Source: the human T2T-CHM13v2.0 reference genome, Homo sapiens
Assembly (NCBI RefSeq): GCF_009914755.1
Contig: NC_060925.1
Length of the DNA stretch: 64,000 nt
Strand: one strand, 5' to 3'
In this document: one piece after another, positions 31,023-46,253 of the stretch
Numbering within the stretch: the first letter of the stretch is position 1
Layout: the number at the start of each line of letters is the position of its first letter
Made by a program: the position numbers and the translations under genes
The notes under the pieces: generated by a model
What the model was told of the DNA's origin: nothing
Databases searched by the model: none
Seen by the model: the letters and a program-made list of their open reading frames with translations, nothing else

Positions 31023-33760
31023 CTGGAAGGGAAGAGAGGAGCTTAGAGGAAGGGCTAGGTAAAGCATCTACCCTCAAGGGCTTCCAGTAGATTGTGGCAT
31101 AAAAAGATAGACTTTGAAGAAGCTGTGTGACCTTGAGCAAATCATTTAAACTCTTCAATTCTCCATTTCCTCTTGTAAAATTTTTACAACTCATGGGCCC
31201 CCTTAATGTTCCTTTAGGTACTTGGATGTCAAGCTGCTGAAGACCCACAACTTTGAGATTTTTAAATACATGTACAGAGACTTGGCCAGGACCAACTGCT
31301 AAGGAGCTCTAGACCCTATCCTTCCTTCCTCCAACCTCCCTCTGATTAATGGGGTCTGTGTCCCTCCCCAGACACTCTGTGACATGCCAAGCAGTTGGGG
31401 GACACACTCCTGGCTCTACCCCCAGCCATGTGATCCTGAGCAGGTCCTTCAGCTTCTCTGAACCATTCCCTCCATTCCCTCCTCTACAAAACGAGTCTAA
31501 TCACCACCTGGGCCCTCCCTGACTCTCCCGGCTGGACTGGGGTCAGATGAGACAAAGAGGAGCAGAAAGGCAGAGTGAATGAAACACATGCTCTGCAGGC
31601 AGACAGACTTAAGTGCAAAACCTAGATCTGCCACTTACAAGCTGTATGATACAGGGCTTCCTTAACAAATCCCCTGAGCCTAATGCTCCTCATCTCTAAA
31701 GTGGGGACGATAATGCCTGCTTTAGGATTCTTACATAAAACATTATAAAACAAGGATTGGGATGTGGTAAATGATCATCAGTTGGGCAATTACATTATTA
31801 TTACTAATAAGATTCCTTTATAAATCGTAAAGGATTGTCCAGTTGTTAGTTCTTATTGGTCTGGAGTCCACACCAGGTGCAACCATTGCAGGGGAAGGCC
31901 CAGAGACTAGGAGCATCGCCTCCTACCACAGCCCTGAGTGCTCCAGAAGTCTGGGATCAGGGTCCCTGCACTTTTCAGTTGAGGTGAGAGGTGGCGCATG
32001 AAGCTGTGCCAGCATCTCAGCTCCTGACCCCTTGCTGGATGCTGGGTCTGGCATCTAAGACCCCTGGCCCAAACCTAATCCAGCACCAGGATGGCCCATC
32101 GCATCACCTGTGCCAATCTGTGCCCCTGTCAGAGGCCAGTGCCTGCATTCACAGAAGGGGGAAAGGGGCTCCTTCGGCTCTAGTCTCTCCTGTCCCCACT
32201 CAGGGAGAGGTGGGCGGGTGATGAGTTGGTAGGTGGTTGTGGTGGGGAAGGCAGTCTGTGCCAAGGAAGCACACCCAGCCAGCGTGGGCAGCACACAGCG
32301 GCGGCTCCTCTCCTAGTTGTGCAGACCTTTGTCTCCCCGAAGCCAGGCTGGCACGTGCATGCACAGACACACACACACACACACACGTGCACACACACAT
32401 GCAGGAAGAGACATGGGGCACAGAATTCCAAATGTGTGATCACACAGACTTATGTCAATGATACACACTTAAAGACGCAATCATATGTGCACACCACCCC
32501 CCACTAAGATACTCATACACACAGAGACACACAGAAGCAGCCACGACAGCCATAGTCGTTCACAGACTCACATGTGTACACACCTGCAAACACCCACACA
32601 CACCCTCCCCATTGGGCCCCTGCCCAGTCCAGAGAGGCAGGAAGAGCCCCATGGCTCCGTGGGCAGGGAAGCAGGAAGCATCTTACCCTGAGCCGTGGGC
32701 TCCCTTGGCTAAGGCACACACCCCACCTCTGAGCAGGTGTGTGCGAGCTTGAACACGTGCACAAGGTGTGTGCAAGCTTGAACACATGCACAATCATACA
32801 CACCACAGCCCCCAATCTCACTCGCCTGGCCCCCATCCTCGCCAGACCGGACAAAGGAGCTCATCGGTGAGGTTTGTGGTGAGGAGAGGAGAAGGCTGGC
32901 AGGGAGCAGCTGCTGTCACCATGGCTACCAGGCTGACCCACTTCTCCTCCACCCAGCCTGGCCCACTCAGCCTGGGCAAGGCAGGGACAGGCAGCTTTGG
33001 GCAGGGTGGGCCCTCTCCCATCAGACACAGGAAACGGGTAGCCCTCTGAGGGTATGGTAAGGGATGGGTTGAGAACCCCAGAGAGGCTGGATACTGTGTA
33101 GGAAGGCAATACAGACTCCAGACATACCTTGAGGGGAGTGGGGTGCTGAAGGCATGGTCCCTGCAAGACCTACAAGACTGAGCCCCTGATGTTCCCCCAG
33201 GGCCTCAGGGCACCACATGGGCCCTAGATACATTCTCAGTCACAGTCCTCATGGCAGTGCAGGGGATGGGGTGGTCGGACTCAAACCACAACTCTAAGGA
33301 CTCAGAACACACAAGGGTAAGGCAGACCCAGGGCTGGGTGAGCCGTGTCTCCCATTCAGAACAAGGTTCCTGAAGGCTCCACTAGGGGCCGCTGGGGTCA
33401 CCCAGCAGCCATGCCCCCTTCCCAGGACAGGGTCACCATGGGCCTTCACTGGGCTGGGGGCTCCTGGGGACAGGGCTGTGTGTTCTTCCTCAGAAGCAGG
33501 GACTTGAAGGAACAATACCGCCTGAGTCAGTTTTGGGAGGAGCCAGCCTACAAAGCAGAATGAATCTCTCCTGCTTGACAACCTCCCTTAGCTTCCCATT
33601 TCCTGCAGGACAAAGGAGAAGGCCCTTGCCAAGGCCCACAAGCCCATGTGAACTGGGGACTGTCTTCCTCTCCTATCTCCCAGCCCGTCCCATGCCTCTT
33701 GCCCCTACTCTGTATTCCAGCCACACTTGCTTCTTTTCAGTCCTCAAAAGTACCACCTTG

Positions 33761-34042
33761 GGCCGGGCGTGGGGCTCATGCTTGTAATCCCAGCACTTAG
33801 GGAGGCCAAGGCAGGTGAATCGCGTGAGCCCAGGATTTTGAGACCAGCCTGAGCAACACGGTAAAACCTCATCTCTAAAAAAAAAAAATACAAAAATTAG
33901 CCTGATGTGATGGCACACACCTGTAGTCCCAGCTACTCGGGAGGCTGAGGTGGGAGGATGGCTTGAGCCTAGGAGGCAGAAGTTGTAGTGAGCCGAGATT
34001 GCAACACTGCACTCCAGCCTGGATGACAGAGCCAGACTCTGT

Positions 34043-34073
<31 letters not shown>
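33761..34073 (+). mobile_element. Alu (J-like)
   Basis: Alu consensus, long A tail. Confidence 0.9.
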
Positions 34074-34079
<6 letters not shown>

Positions 34080-34279
34080 CTTAGCCACTTTGTCTCCTGT
34101 CTGCCTGGCATACCTTCTCTGCCCCCACCCCCATGATCTGGTGGCCCCAAACTTGTCTGTCCTGCCACCTTTGCCTGGCTAAACCCTATTCTTGGCTCAA
34201 TCCAAGTTTGAAGGTCATTTCCTAGGACAGTCTTCCCAGATAAGGTTAATCCCCATAACTCCCTTTGTACTGTCCCTGT

Positions 34280-34740
34280 GTGTTATAAGTTGAGTTGTGT
34301 CCCCCCAAAAACTGTTGAGGTTCTAACCTCCAGTCCCTCAGAATGTGACTTGGTTTGGAAACACGGTCGTTGCAGATGTGACAAGTTAAGATGAGATCAT
34401 GCTGGAGAAGGGTGGGTCCCTCATCCAATATAACCAGTGTCCTTATAGGAAGGTGGCCACGTGAAGACAGACACGGGGAGAGCGCCATGTGCCGACGGAG
34501 GCAGAAATGGGAGTGACGCGTCAATGCGCCAAGGAACGCCAAGGATTGCCACCTGTCACCAGAAGCCAGGGGAGGGGCACGGAACAGATTTTCCCTCACA
34601 GCACACAGAAGGAAGCAATCCTGCCAACACCTGATTTTAGACTTGTAGCCTTCAGAACTGTGAGAGTCTACATTTCTGTTGTTTTAAGCCACCCTGTTTG
34701 TGGCGCTTTATTGCAGCTTCCCTAGGCAATGAACACACTG
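34280..34740 (+). mobile_element. MaLR solo LTR (MLT1-like)
   Basis: tgttataagttgagttgtgtccccccaaaa start; MLT-type end ...gttttaagccaccctgtttgtgg. Confidence 0.75.
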
Positions 34741-35444
34741 CTGTTCCTAACTTGTTCCGTACTTGTCTCCCACACCCCGCCCCCTGGCTGTGAGCTGGTT
34801 AAAAATAGGAACCTTGTCGTCGTCTTCACCCTGAACCCCTAGTACCTGGCACAGGTCTGGCATATAGCAGGACTCAGTAAATATTTGTAGAATGAATGAA
34901 TGGCAACTTAAAACATTAAATTAGCAGTATTTATAGCACTGTGAGTCATTTTTATTTTCTCCATGTGACATACTGTGTTTTCTAAAGTTACTACTTAAGA
35001 AACTGTATTAATGTTATAATAAAGAAAAAAACCAAAACCACATATTTTTCTTTTCAAAACATACATTAAAGTAACAGGCATTTCCACCAATGTGTGTTTT
35101 GTGAAGAGGGAAAAGTTCTTCTATCTGCTTGATAACTGCTTTTTTATTGATTAATTGATTCCTCCTCGTGTCACTAAAGTGCTTTCTGGAGTCAGATTTA
35201 CAGAGCTTGAGCTCTGGGGCCTTGCAGGGTATAGATTATGGGTGGGAAAGGGCCAGCCAGGGTACACATTCTTCTCAGCCATCTCCACCATTCGCCTCTC
35301 CCTTGGCTTGTAGGATGTGGCTAGATGTGGCACCTGTCTCCTTACAGGGGCTGCTAAACTTGGCACTGGAGAATACCACTACTCCTGGCCAAAGGTGACT
35401 CCCCAAACGGAAGCAAGATTCCGTCCTCAATGACCACACCATCC

Positions 35445-35592
35445 AGTGCTTATCAAACTGCAATGTGCAGGTGAATCACCTGGGGAGCTTGCTCTGATCC
35501 ATGGGTCACAGGTGGAGCCTGAGACTCTGCATTTCTAAGAAACTTCCAAGTGATGCCCAAGATGCTGGTCCATGGACCACCCAAGGCACTGA
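35445..35592. mobile_element. MER5A-like hAT MITE
   Basis: cagtg...gaatcacctgggg...ctgcatttctaa...ccatggaccac...cactg. Confidence 0.65.
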
Positions 35593-35619
35593 GAGGTGAA
35601 GAGACATTGCTCTGGTTGT

Positions 35620-36560
35620 TCTGCAGAAACAGTGAACACTTCAGGGTGGGGGAGACCAGAAAAGGCATTACCCCAGTAGTTGCACCTCAAAAGATAGGTG
35701 AGGTTTTGGAGAGGAGAGGCAGAGGTGGCTCTAAAGGAAGGAGGCGGCAACTACTGGGAAGGCCCAGGGAGAAAACGTTGTGTTCAGAGGCTGGTGAACA
35801 CAGCAGCGCAGTTGGAGAGGAGGTAGGTACAACTGCGGAACAGAGGGCTGGAAAGATAGGCTGGGAGCAGCCAGTGCAGGGCTCTGAATGTGGGGCTAAG
35901 AAGCTTGGCTTTCATCCTGTAGGAGTGAAATCTGACATGATTTAGATGTAATGCTTTACAGAGATCAATCTGAGACTGAGTGCAGAATCAGAAAGAAGCC
36001 TGACAGCAGGAAGAGCAGCCAGGAGGCTGCTACATCCATGCAGGAAGAAGGGCTGCACTGCTTTAGAAAGTGAGGTGCGAAGAGGAAACGGGGCCAGGAG
36101 TCGTGGGTGTGGTTAGGGGATTGCCTAGAGTGAGTGAGGGGACAAAGTAGGGAAAAGGGAAAAAATGAAATCCAAGGTGATTTACAGGAAGGATGGGGGT
36201 GAGAGGTGCCATCAGCAGAGCTTGAGGTCCTAGCGGAAAAAGCCTGGCTTAAGGAGAAGATGAATTCCCAGTTTAGTCCCGATGGGTCTGAGATAATGCT
36301 GCAACTCCCACATTCAGGTGTTGGCCAGGTAAGCTGATTCACGAGCGCTCAGGAGAGCAAGGTGAGTAGGCAGGATTTGGGTGTGTTCTCCAAAGAAAAA
36401 ATGGGGTGTGGAAAGGAAGGAGAATGCCCAGAAGAGAGCAGAGAGTGAGGAAAGATTGAGAGGTAGTACCCACAGTTAGAGGTAGGAGGAAGATGGAGCC
36501 AACTGAAGGAGGGAGAGTCCATGGTGAAGAGTAGGAGAGGAACTCACAGAAGATGCCATG
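35620..36560. mobile_element. L2 remnant
   Basis: Purine-rich diverged L2-like text. Confidence 0.5.
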
Positions 36561-37239
36561 AATATACAGATGGCCAAGCTGGAAGGCCTACAACACCCTG
36601 ATATTGAGACCGAGAAGAGGCCTGCCCAGCTCAGGATGCAGGAGGGAGGCTAGGGCGGCACCCTGACTCCCTTTCTAAGGCACAGGAGAAGCCCAGGCCT
36701 GAAAGGAGCACAGCTGGAATGGAAAGCAGAATTTGGACTGAAAGAAAAGGGGGCTGGATGCATTGGGGAGGGTTTGGGCTGTGGCGGGAGCCCGGGGCTC
36801 TGAAGCACTTATTCCAGCTCAATCCTAGTACAGGAAGGACAATTTCCACACATGCAACTACACACACACTTACATGTCCACATGGCTGGGGAACTCCCAG
36901 GGCAGAGCAGAGGCGACTGGGAAAAGGTCTTTGGATCAAAGCCTTATTACCGGTGAGCACATAATTTATCATCCACCTGGGACCCTTGTGAGAATGAGCA
37001 GGGACAATACTCACAATCACACTGGACCGCAGATGAAAATGAGGACTGTGCCAGGCAAACCCAGTCGTATAGTCACCCTAGCTGGTGGATACTGGATCCC
37101 AATAAGATACACATTTGGTTCCTCTGCTCCCCCTTCCTAGATGCGGGATAGCAGAAGGGAAAGGCAGGCTCATCCTGAGAGGCAGGGGCCCCAACAAAGG
37201 GTGTTGGTGGATGGGACAATCTCTCCCCCTCCCACACCC

Positions 37240-37660
37240 TCGCTGGGGGAGACACGGCAGTACCACGGACAGCGGCTGGCGACTCGCTCCCAGTCCCTCC
37301 CCCGCCTGCCCTCCCATCTCCTCCCCTCCCCTTCCCGCCCCTCCCCCTCCCCGCCCCTCCCCCGCGCCGCTGACGAGGCCGGATCAATATTTCATGGGGG
37401 GAAGGGGCTCCAGTTACCAGCCCCGCACCAAGCCGGAAGGCGCCGCCCGCGCCTGCTGCCCACCCTGGGGACCCTCCTCAGAAACCCAGCACAGGCTCGG
37501 CCCCAGGCCAGACAGACACCGCCCAAAGAGGTGCACGCATTCCCTGCAACCTCTCCACCCCCGGACCCTTTCAGGGCACAAAGACCCGCACGCAAGCCAT
37601 ACACCTCCGGTTGGCCACTCCGACGCGCCACAGAGCGAGATGCACGCTGTACAAAGAAGA
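37240..37660. promoter_or_regulatory. Intronic CpG-rich element (enhancer or alternative promoter candidate)
   Basis: Local CpG cluster, GC boxes in a C-rich tract, TGACG half-CRE at 37371-37375, adjacent RE1. Confidence 0.55.
37256..37276 (+). promoter_or_regulatory. RE1/NRSE (REST binding site) candidate
   Basis: GGCAGTACCACGGACAGCGGC vs TTCAGCACCACGGACAGCGCC: 17/21, canonical spacing. Confidence 0.7.
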
Positions 37661-38904
37661 TGACGTACACAAAACAACAGGCACACACCACACCCAGCAG
37701 GCAATCCACCTAGACAGGCACTCACAGAGCACACACATGCACACAAAAACACACCTTGTGCACCACAGACTCACATGGCATGGAGATGCAGCTACCACAG
37801 ACTCACACACATCACACAGACCCACAACACACCCTGCCACACACACACAAACTCGCACGCTGCAGAAAAACTCCCTCGCAGAGAACTGCAGACATATCGC
37901 ATGAAGATACATTCACCACAGACACACACACACACAGTGCACACACAATATGCCCTCAGAGACCCTCAGACATATCTGTGAGTTACCTAGCTACATTTGC
38001 CAGGGACACACACACACACTTAAACTCTCTCATACATACACACACACATTATGCCTTCACAGAGATCCTCAAACATTCACCATGGACACACAAGCACACA
38101 CCCCACACTCTACCCAGGCCCTCCATCCTCCTGGTGCCCAGGCCACCCTTCCCACTGTGAACATGGGACTAGGGAGGGGGCAGACAGGACTTCCCTCCCT
38201 CCTTGCCATCTGCCTTCTCTACTTTGGCCCTGCTCATGGGCCCTGAGGATAAATCCACTGTGTCCTCTGAGGCCCCCTGGGGTCTGCTGCGAGGTCCCAG
38301 GGACAAGCAGTCAGCACAAAGCGGTGGACAAAGCGGGGAGTAGGGGAAGAGGGACCTATGAGACTCCGAAGCCTTCTGCTTCACTGTCCCTGAGCCCCAA
38401 GCTCTGGGACATGAAGCCCCAGGGGCAGCCTTGCCCTTACCTGTGGCTCCCAAAGCTTCACTGCTCCCTAGGCCTCCCTGAGGCCTGTGTTATACATAGG
38501 AAGCAGAAGAACTGTAGGGTATGCAGCCCCTACTCCCCCCAGGAGGTCTCAAGTCCTGGCCTCAGAGATGAGGGGGCATCCTACCACATCCAGACACCTT
38601 ATCTCCATGAGCCCCCCTCCCAAGCAGGTTGTGAAAACAATGGCACAAATTCTCCTGTCTGCAGGGAAATCATGGCAGGATCCTCCAAAAGAAGCCCAAG
38701 CCAGGGTTCAAGGTGAGCAGAAGAGAGCAGGCCAGCGCAGCAGGGGGAGACCCCTAGATTTGTTGGGCAGGTGGAAGGGACCTTCAAAATTATCTAGGTC
38801 AACAGTGCACATTTCCGACATCCCCATACCACTTCCCAATTTTGCATTAAGTGCATAACACTGTGTGTCACCTCAATGATTTCTGCCAAATCTACAGACT
38901 CCTA

Positions 38905-41105
<2,201 letters not shown>

Positions 41106-42149
41106 TATATGTTTTAAAAAAATAAAATAAAATGGGAATAATAATAGTACCCATCTTATAGAAGTGAAGATTAAATGAAATGTGTGAACACAATGTCTGG
41201 CACAGAGTAAGTGCTTAAAAAAAATGTTTATTACCAGGGAAGCACAAAGAACAGAATCAATACAGGTCAAGAATGAGTGACAGGGGGAAGGTGAGGTAGA
41301 CATGGTTTGGTTTTTCACTGATGAAAAGAGTTACATCTTGGAGGATGAAGATTTTCGTGGGGAAAAACTCTTCTGCCTGTTCCTGGCTTCCTCTTCCCTC
41401 TCTCCTCACTCCAAAGCAAGGTGAGAAAATTCAGGCTTTCTTCTCCCTCTCTCTCCTCAGGCCTCTGAATGACATTTGACAGGTTCTTCAGAGCCTGTCC
41501 TGAGCACTGCTGCCCAGGAAAAGACTCTCCTTTAAGTCACAATTCCAGGCCTTTTTTCTCCAGCTGCTGTCCAGATGGAAGTTTGGGGCTCAGGCCCAAC
41601 TGCCTGCACCCACATCGGCACTCTAAGAATTCCAGGAGATGTGTTTGGAAGCTAACGAAGATCCCCCTTCTCTGAGCGGGGCACTGAGAACCCTGTTTGC
41701 ATGTCTCTTTGATCCTTCCCAGTAGGCTACAGATGACTGGACCAGGGTGGGCACCTGCCTCACTCTGAGCCAATCAGATCCTCTCCTGGGAGTTTGGGAT
41801 TGGATCTGCCAAGCCCCAAGTTCTCTCTCTCCATGTGGCTGAAACCAAGGGACACAATACAGGAACTATAGGTGGCTTGGTGCCTGAAAAGGCAGAGATA
41901 TCCAGTCTGTGGATACAGAAAGGCAGGGTGCAGAGAATGGCTGCTTCAAGTTCCCTTGGCCCTCCAGGTCCCGCCTTCCTGAAGCTAATGGTTTTCCTTC
42001 CCCTTAGTTCCAGGGAATCCCTTCTGTCCTTGTAATAAGCCCTTCTTTATTACTGAAGCTGGTTTGAGTGGGTTTCTGTATATAAGCAAAGACCTAATTA
42101 AGACAAGAGAGAAGCTGGGAGCCGGAGGTACGCAGATGAACAATCCTGA

Positions 42150-43530
42150 AAAAATAATCACTGTGCCTACGTCGGAGAAGCCCAGTGCAGTGGGAGACAG
42201 CGAGTAAGAGATGTAGACTTTGCACAGATGTGGCAGAGGGAGGGTGGGCTAACTCTGCCTGGGGAGGAGCGGAAGGGCTCCACAGGCTTCACAGCGAAGG
42301 TAGCAGCTGAGCCGATTTTGAAGAATTAAGGACATTCTCCATGGAGACAAAGTAGGGGTGGGGAGGCATTACAAGCAAAGGGAACAGCAAGTGCAGATGC
42401 ACAGAGACCCAAAACAGCCTGGTGTCTTAGAGGGACTGGAGTTCAAAGTGTGGCGGGGAAGCAGGGAAGACAGGCAGTCAGGCGCACATCATAAAGGGCT
42501 TTGAATACCATGATAAGAAGCCGAGGCCTTTTCCTGTCAGTGACAGGGAGCTATTGAAGTATTTTAAGTAGCAGGGGGTGACGGGGTCAGTTCTGTGTTT
42601 TAGAAAGATTGTTCTGGGGCTGCTTGGAGAAAGGGCTGGAAAAGGCAGGCCTGGAGGCAAGGACCAGTTAGGAGGCTGCAGCACTCCTCATCTAGTCCCT
42701 TCATTCATCTAACAGCTCACTGTGTACCTACTATGTGCCGGGGTGAGGCAAAACGGATTCCTGAGCCCACAGAGTTCACAGCCTAGCATGAAATAGACAT
42801 GAGGGAAAAGCGATTTGAGTGTGCTGAATGTTATGAAGAAGTACAAGGTCCTCTGGAGCAGGGTGCTGTTTACTGTCTGGTTTTTAGGCTTCCCTGCGGA
42901 AATGACGTTCGAGCTGGTATCTATCTGAAGGATAAGTAGGAGTTAGCAGGGCCCCAAGAGGGGGCGTGCATTCCAGGATTGGGGACAACACGTGTGGAAG
43001 TCCTGCAGCTGAGGGAGAGTGGCAGAAGAAGACACAAAAAGGTAGGCAAGGACCAGATCCCACAGGGCCTCGGAGACTGCGTCAGTGCATCTGGCTTTCA
43101 TTCCAAGAAGGCTTGGAAGGGTCCTAAGCAGGGAAATGACACAATCCAACGTTTATCCTAAGAAGACCATGAAAGAAAGCGGGGCAAGAACAAATGTCAG
43201 GAGACCAGGTAGGAAGCTGTCACAGTGGCCCAGGTGAGAGCCAATGGTGGCCTGGAGGGGGTGGTGGGCAGCGAGAGGGTCCACGGACTCAAGGCAGAGA
43301 TTCAGGAGGACTAACAGGGCTTGCTGAGGACTGGTTATAGGGGTGTGGGACGGGAAGAGGGGCGTATCCAGGAGAACTTTCAGCTTTCTAGCTTGACCAG
43401 GTGGGAGGACGGCGATGCCAGAGATGAACCGGGGACCTTAAAGGCAGAGCAGGTGCAGGTGGGAGAGTCAGGAGCTGGGTCTGGACCTGAACTGAAGCTG
43501 ATTGTGAGACATCTAAGTGTGGGCCAGGAA
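42150..43530. mobile_element. L2 fragments
   Basis: L2-like text (ttcattcatctaacag...ctactatgtgcc; ggagaccaggtaggaagctg). Confidence 0.55.
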
Positions 43531-43559
43531 GCAGTCACACCTGCAGATTGTTGGGGCTT

Positions 43560-43874
43560 CTTTTTTTTTTTTTTTTTGAGACAGGGTCTCGCTTTGTCAC
43601 CCAAGCTGGAGTGCAGTGGCATGAACATGGCTCACTATAGCTTCAACTTCTCAGGCTCAAGCGATCCTCCCACCTCAGCCCCCCAAGCAGCTGGGAATAC
43701 AGGCAAGCGCCACCATGCCCAGCTAATTTTTGTATTTTTTTTGTAGAGATGGGGTTTCGCCATGTTGCCCAGGCTGGCCTTGAACTCCTGGGCTCAAGTG
43801 ATCCGCCTGCCCCAGCCTCTCAAAATGCTGGGATTACCAGCACTTTGAGGAGGTGTGAGCCACCGCACCCAGCC
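43560..43874 (-). mobile_element. Alu (J-like)
   Basis: Alu consensus. Confidence 0.9.
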
Positions 43875-46253
43875 AGACCTGCAGATCTTCAACCCAGAAG
43901 AGATCATTAAAATCAAGAGAAGTAAACGAGATTACCCGGGAGGTAGGGAGGGAGGGGGCAAAAAGGTGGGAAGAGGGGTTGGGGCAACTTGAGGAGCCAT
44001 GGTAGCAGCAGGACCTAGGGGCAGAGTGACAAGGGGCTCTGAGCTTGGCAAATCAGGACCATGAAATGCAAAGGTTACCTTCTCTCAACCCCAGAAGGCA
44101 CCAGGATTTGGCTCCCCATCTCCTGGCCAAGCATCATGCCCTTAGCCTGGACACTTCCCAGGTGAGAGAGTCCTCCCTTCTCCACTGCACTTCTTCCTCT
44201 TGGGCAAACTCCAAGTTATCCTCCAAACCCAGGGCAGGTGGTCGCTCCTCCTAGGTGGAGACTTCCCTGGTGTAAGCATTGCTCTGCAGTTGGACAACCT
44301 GGTTTTGAATCCCAGCTCTGCCACTTGATAGCTGTGCGACTTTGGCTAGGTCACCTCAGTTTCCTCATCTATACCACAGAGATGATAATAGTACCTACCT
44401 CATAGGACTGTTTAAAGATGAGCATGTAAAGCGATGGGCAGAGAACTAGCACACAGTAAGCACTAAATAAGTGTTATTCTTATTAACATCCCACCCACCT
44501 TGGGACAGTTAGTAATGCCCTCCACCTCATCCTTGGGAACCATTTGCAGATCCATGTCTCTCCCTGCCTCTTCCTACCCCTACCCGATTTGTGGGGCTAT
44601 ATAATATGCAGAGCCCAGTGCTAAATGAAAATGCAGGACCCCTTGTTCAAAGTTACTAAAAATTTTAAGACGGTGTCAGCAGAACATTAAGTGTGGGGTC
44701 CTTCTAGGCGCAGGGCCCTGCGTGACCACTGACTCTTGAAACCAGCCCTGCTCCCACCCCCAGCCAGCCCTGGGCCCGGCCCAGAGTTGATGTCAGCCCC
44801 CACACAACAGAGTAAAAATGCCAACTGACATCCAGATAGGGTTTATGGTTTCCATGTGGAATTTCACTTTATCGTTTTCCTAGAGATATCATCAACTCCA
44901 TTTTATAGTTGAGGACACAGAAGTTCAGAGACGGGTATGCCTTCCCAGAGATTACCCAGCTCAGGAACTGCAGAGCTGGGATGTGGGCACAGAGCAGCCT
45001 GGTGCAAAACCCTGCCTCTTGCCCTCTGGCTCCCCAGGGAGGTTGGGAGAACCTGGCCCCAAGGGCTGAGCTTTGTCAACAAGGCCACGATACAGCTTAG
45101 ACCAGAGAGAAGGAGCTGGAGGGACTGGGACTGGCTGTCCTCCCTCCTGGGGCCAGCCACATAAACAACCGGTTCCCTGGGACCGAGGCTGCTGCACAGG
45201 GAAAAGGGTAGGAGAGGGCAAAAAGTCACTCCCAAGAAGGCTCTGCCTGAGGGCCATAGACCCTAACATTCTGGGGAAATCTGATCTTGCCTTTTCTGCT
45301 TAAAACCCTTTAGGGGTTGCCATTGGCCTGAGGATAAATTCCCAAGTCTTTAGTATCCTGCTAGACTAGGAAATCGGGCCAGGCTGTCCTGGGCCTGCCC
45401 ACACTGCCCTCCCTCTACCACGCCAAGCCTGTTCTCACCATCAACAGGGCCTCAGACACACAGTTCCCCTTCCTCATCCCTTCTTTGCCTCTACAATTCC
45501 TTGGCACCCTTCATGACTCAGCTAAGATGTCGCCACCTCCAGGAACCTTTCCCAGATTACAGACTGCAGGAGAGCAACTTCAGTGATAGGTTCCAGAGCT
45601 CCCCCAAGTCCCTCCTTTCTACACACATGCCATGTGTAATTACCTGCTCTGGGTCATGTCCCCACTAGAATGTCACCTCCGTGAGGGCAGGGGCCGCCTG
45701 GCTCATAGAGTCTGATACATCAGAGGTACCTGGTGGACTGAATGCATCCTTCTGCCACAGAGGCAAGAGGGCCAGGCATTCTTTCTCCTTTTTTCTTCAC
45801 TCCTCCCGGACCCTCCTTTTCTTGTCCAGGCTTCTTGAGCTCAAGCTATGAAAAGCCCAAACTTGCAAAGGGAAGAGAACCATCATACAGTATGCACCCT
45901 CCCCCTGCCAGCTCTAGACTAGGTACTATACATCTGGTTACTACAGTTAATTCCCTAACCACATTCCAGATGGGGTGGAGAAGTATGGGTATAAATTATT
46001 CCTATTTTCCAGAGGAGACTGAGACTTGGTAGTTGAGGCCACCTGCCTGAAGTGGTAACAGGTTGGAAGCGGAAGGCATTAGATTTGAATCCTGTCTGTC
46101 TGATGCCCAAGTGCCTGGTCTCTTCTCTGCCCCAAACCACACAACCCCTGTGACTCACCATTCCCAGCAAGCTCACCTCCAACCAGAGAGCACTTGTTTC
46201 TAACCTCCGCCTTCAGTTCACACACACCCCAGCTGGTAAAGCTCTTCTGTGAG

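Noticed and set aside
33379-33394. CTCF-like CCACTAGGGGCCGCTG
   Set aside because: Mismatch in the highly conserved GGC core; cannot be supported without ChIP data
37073-38716. Long ORFs (180-221 aa) in the intron 1 CpG and CA-rich region
   Set aside because: Low-complexity, GC-driven open frames on both strands; no splice or homology support
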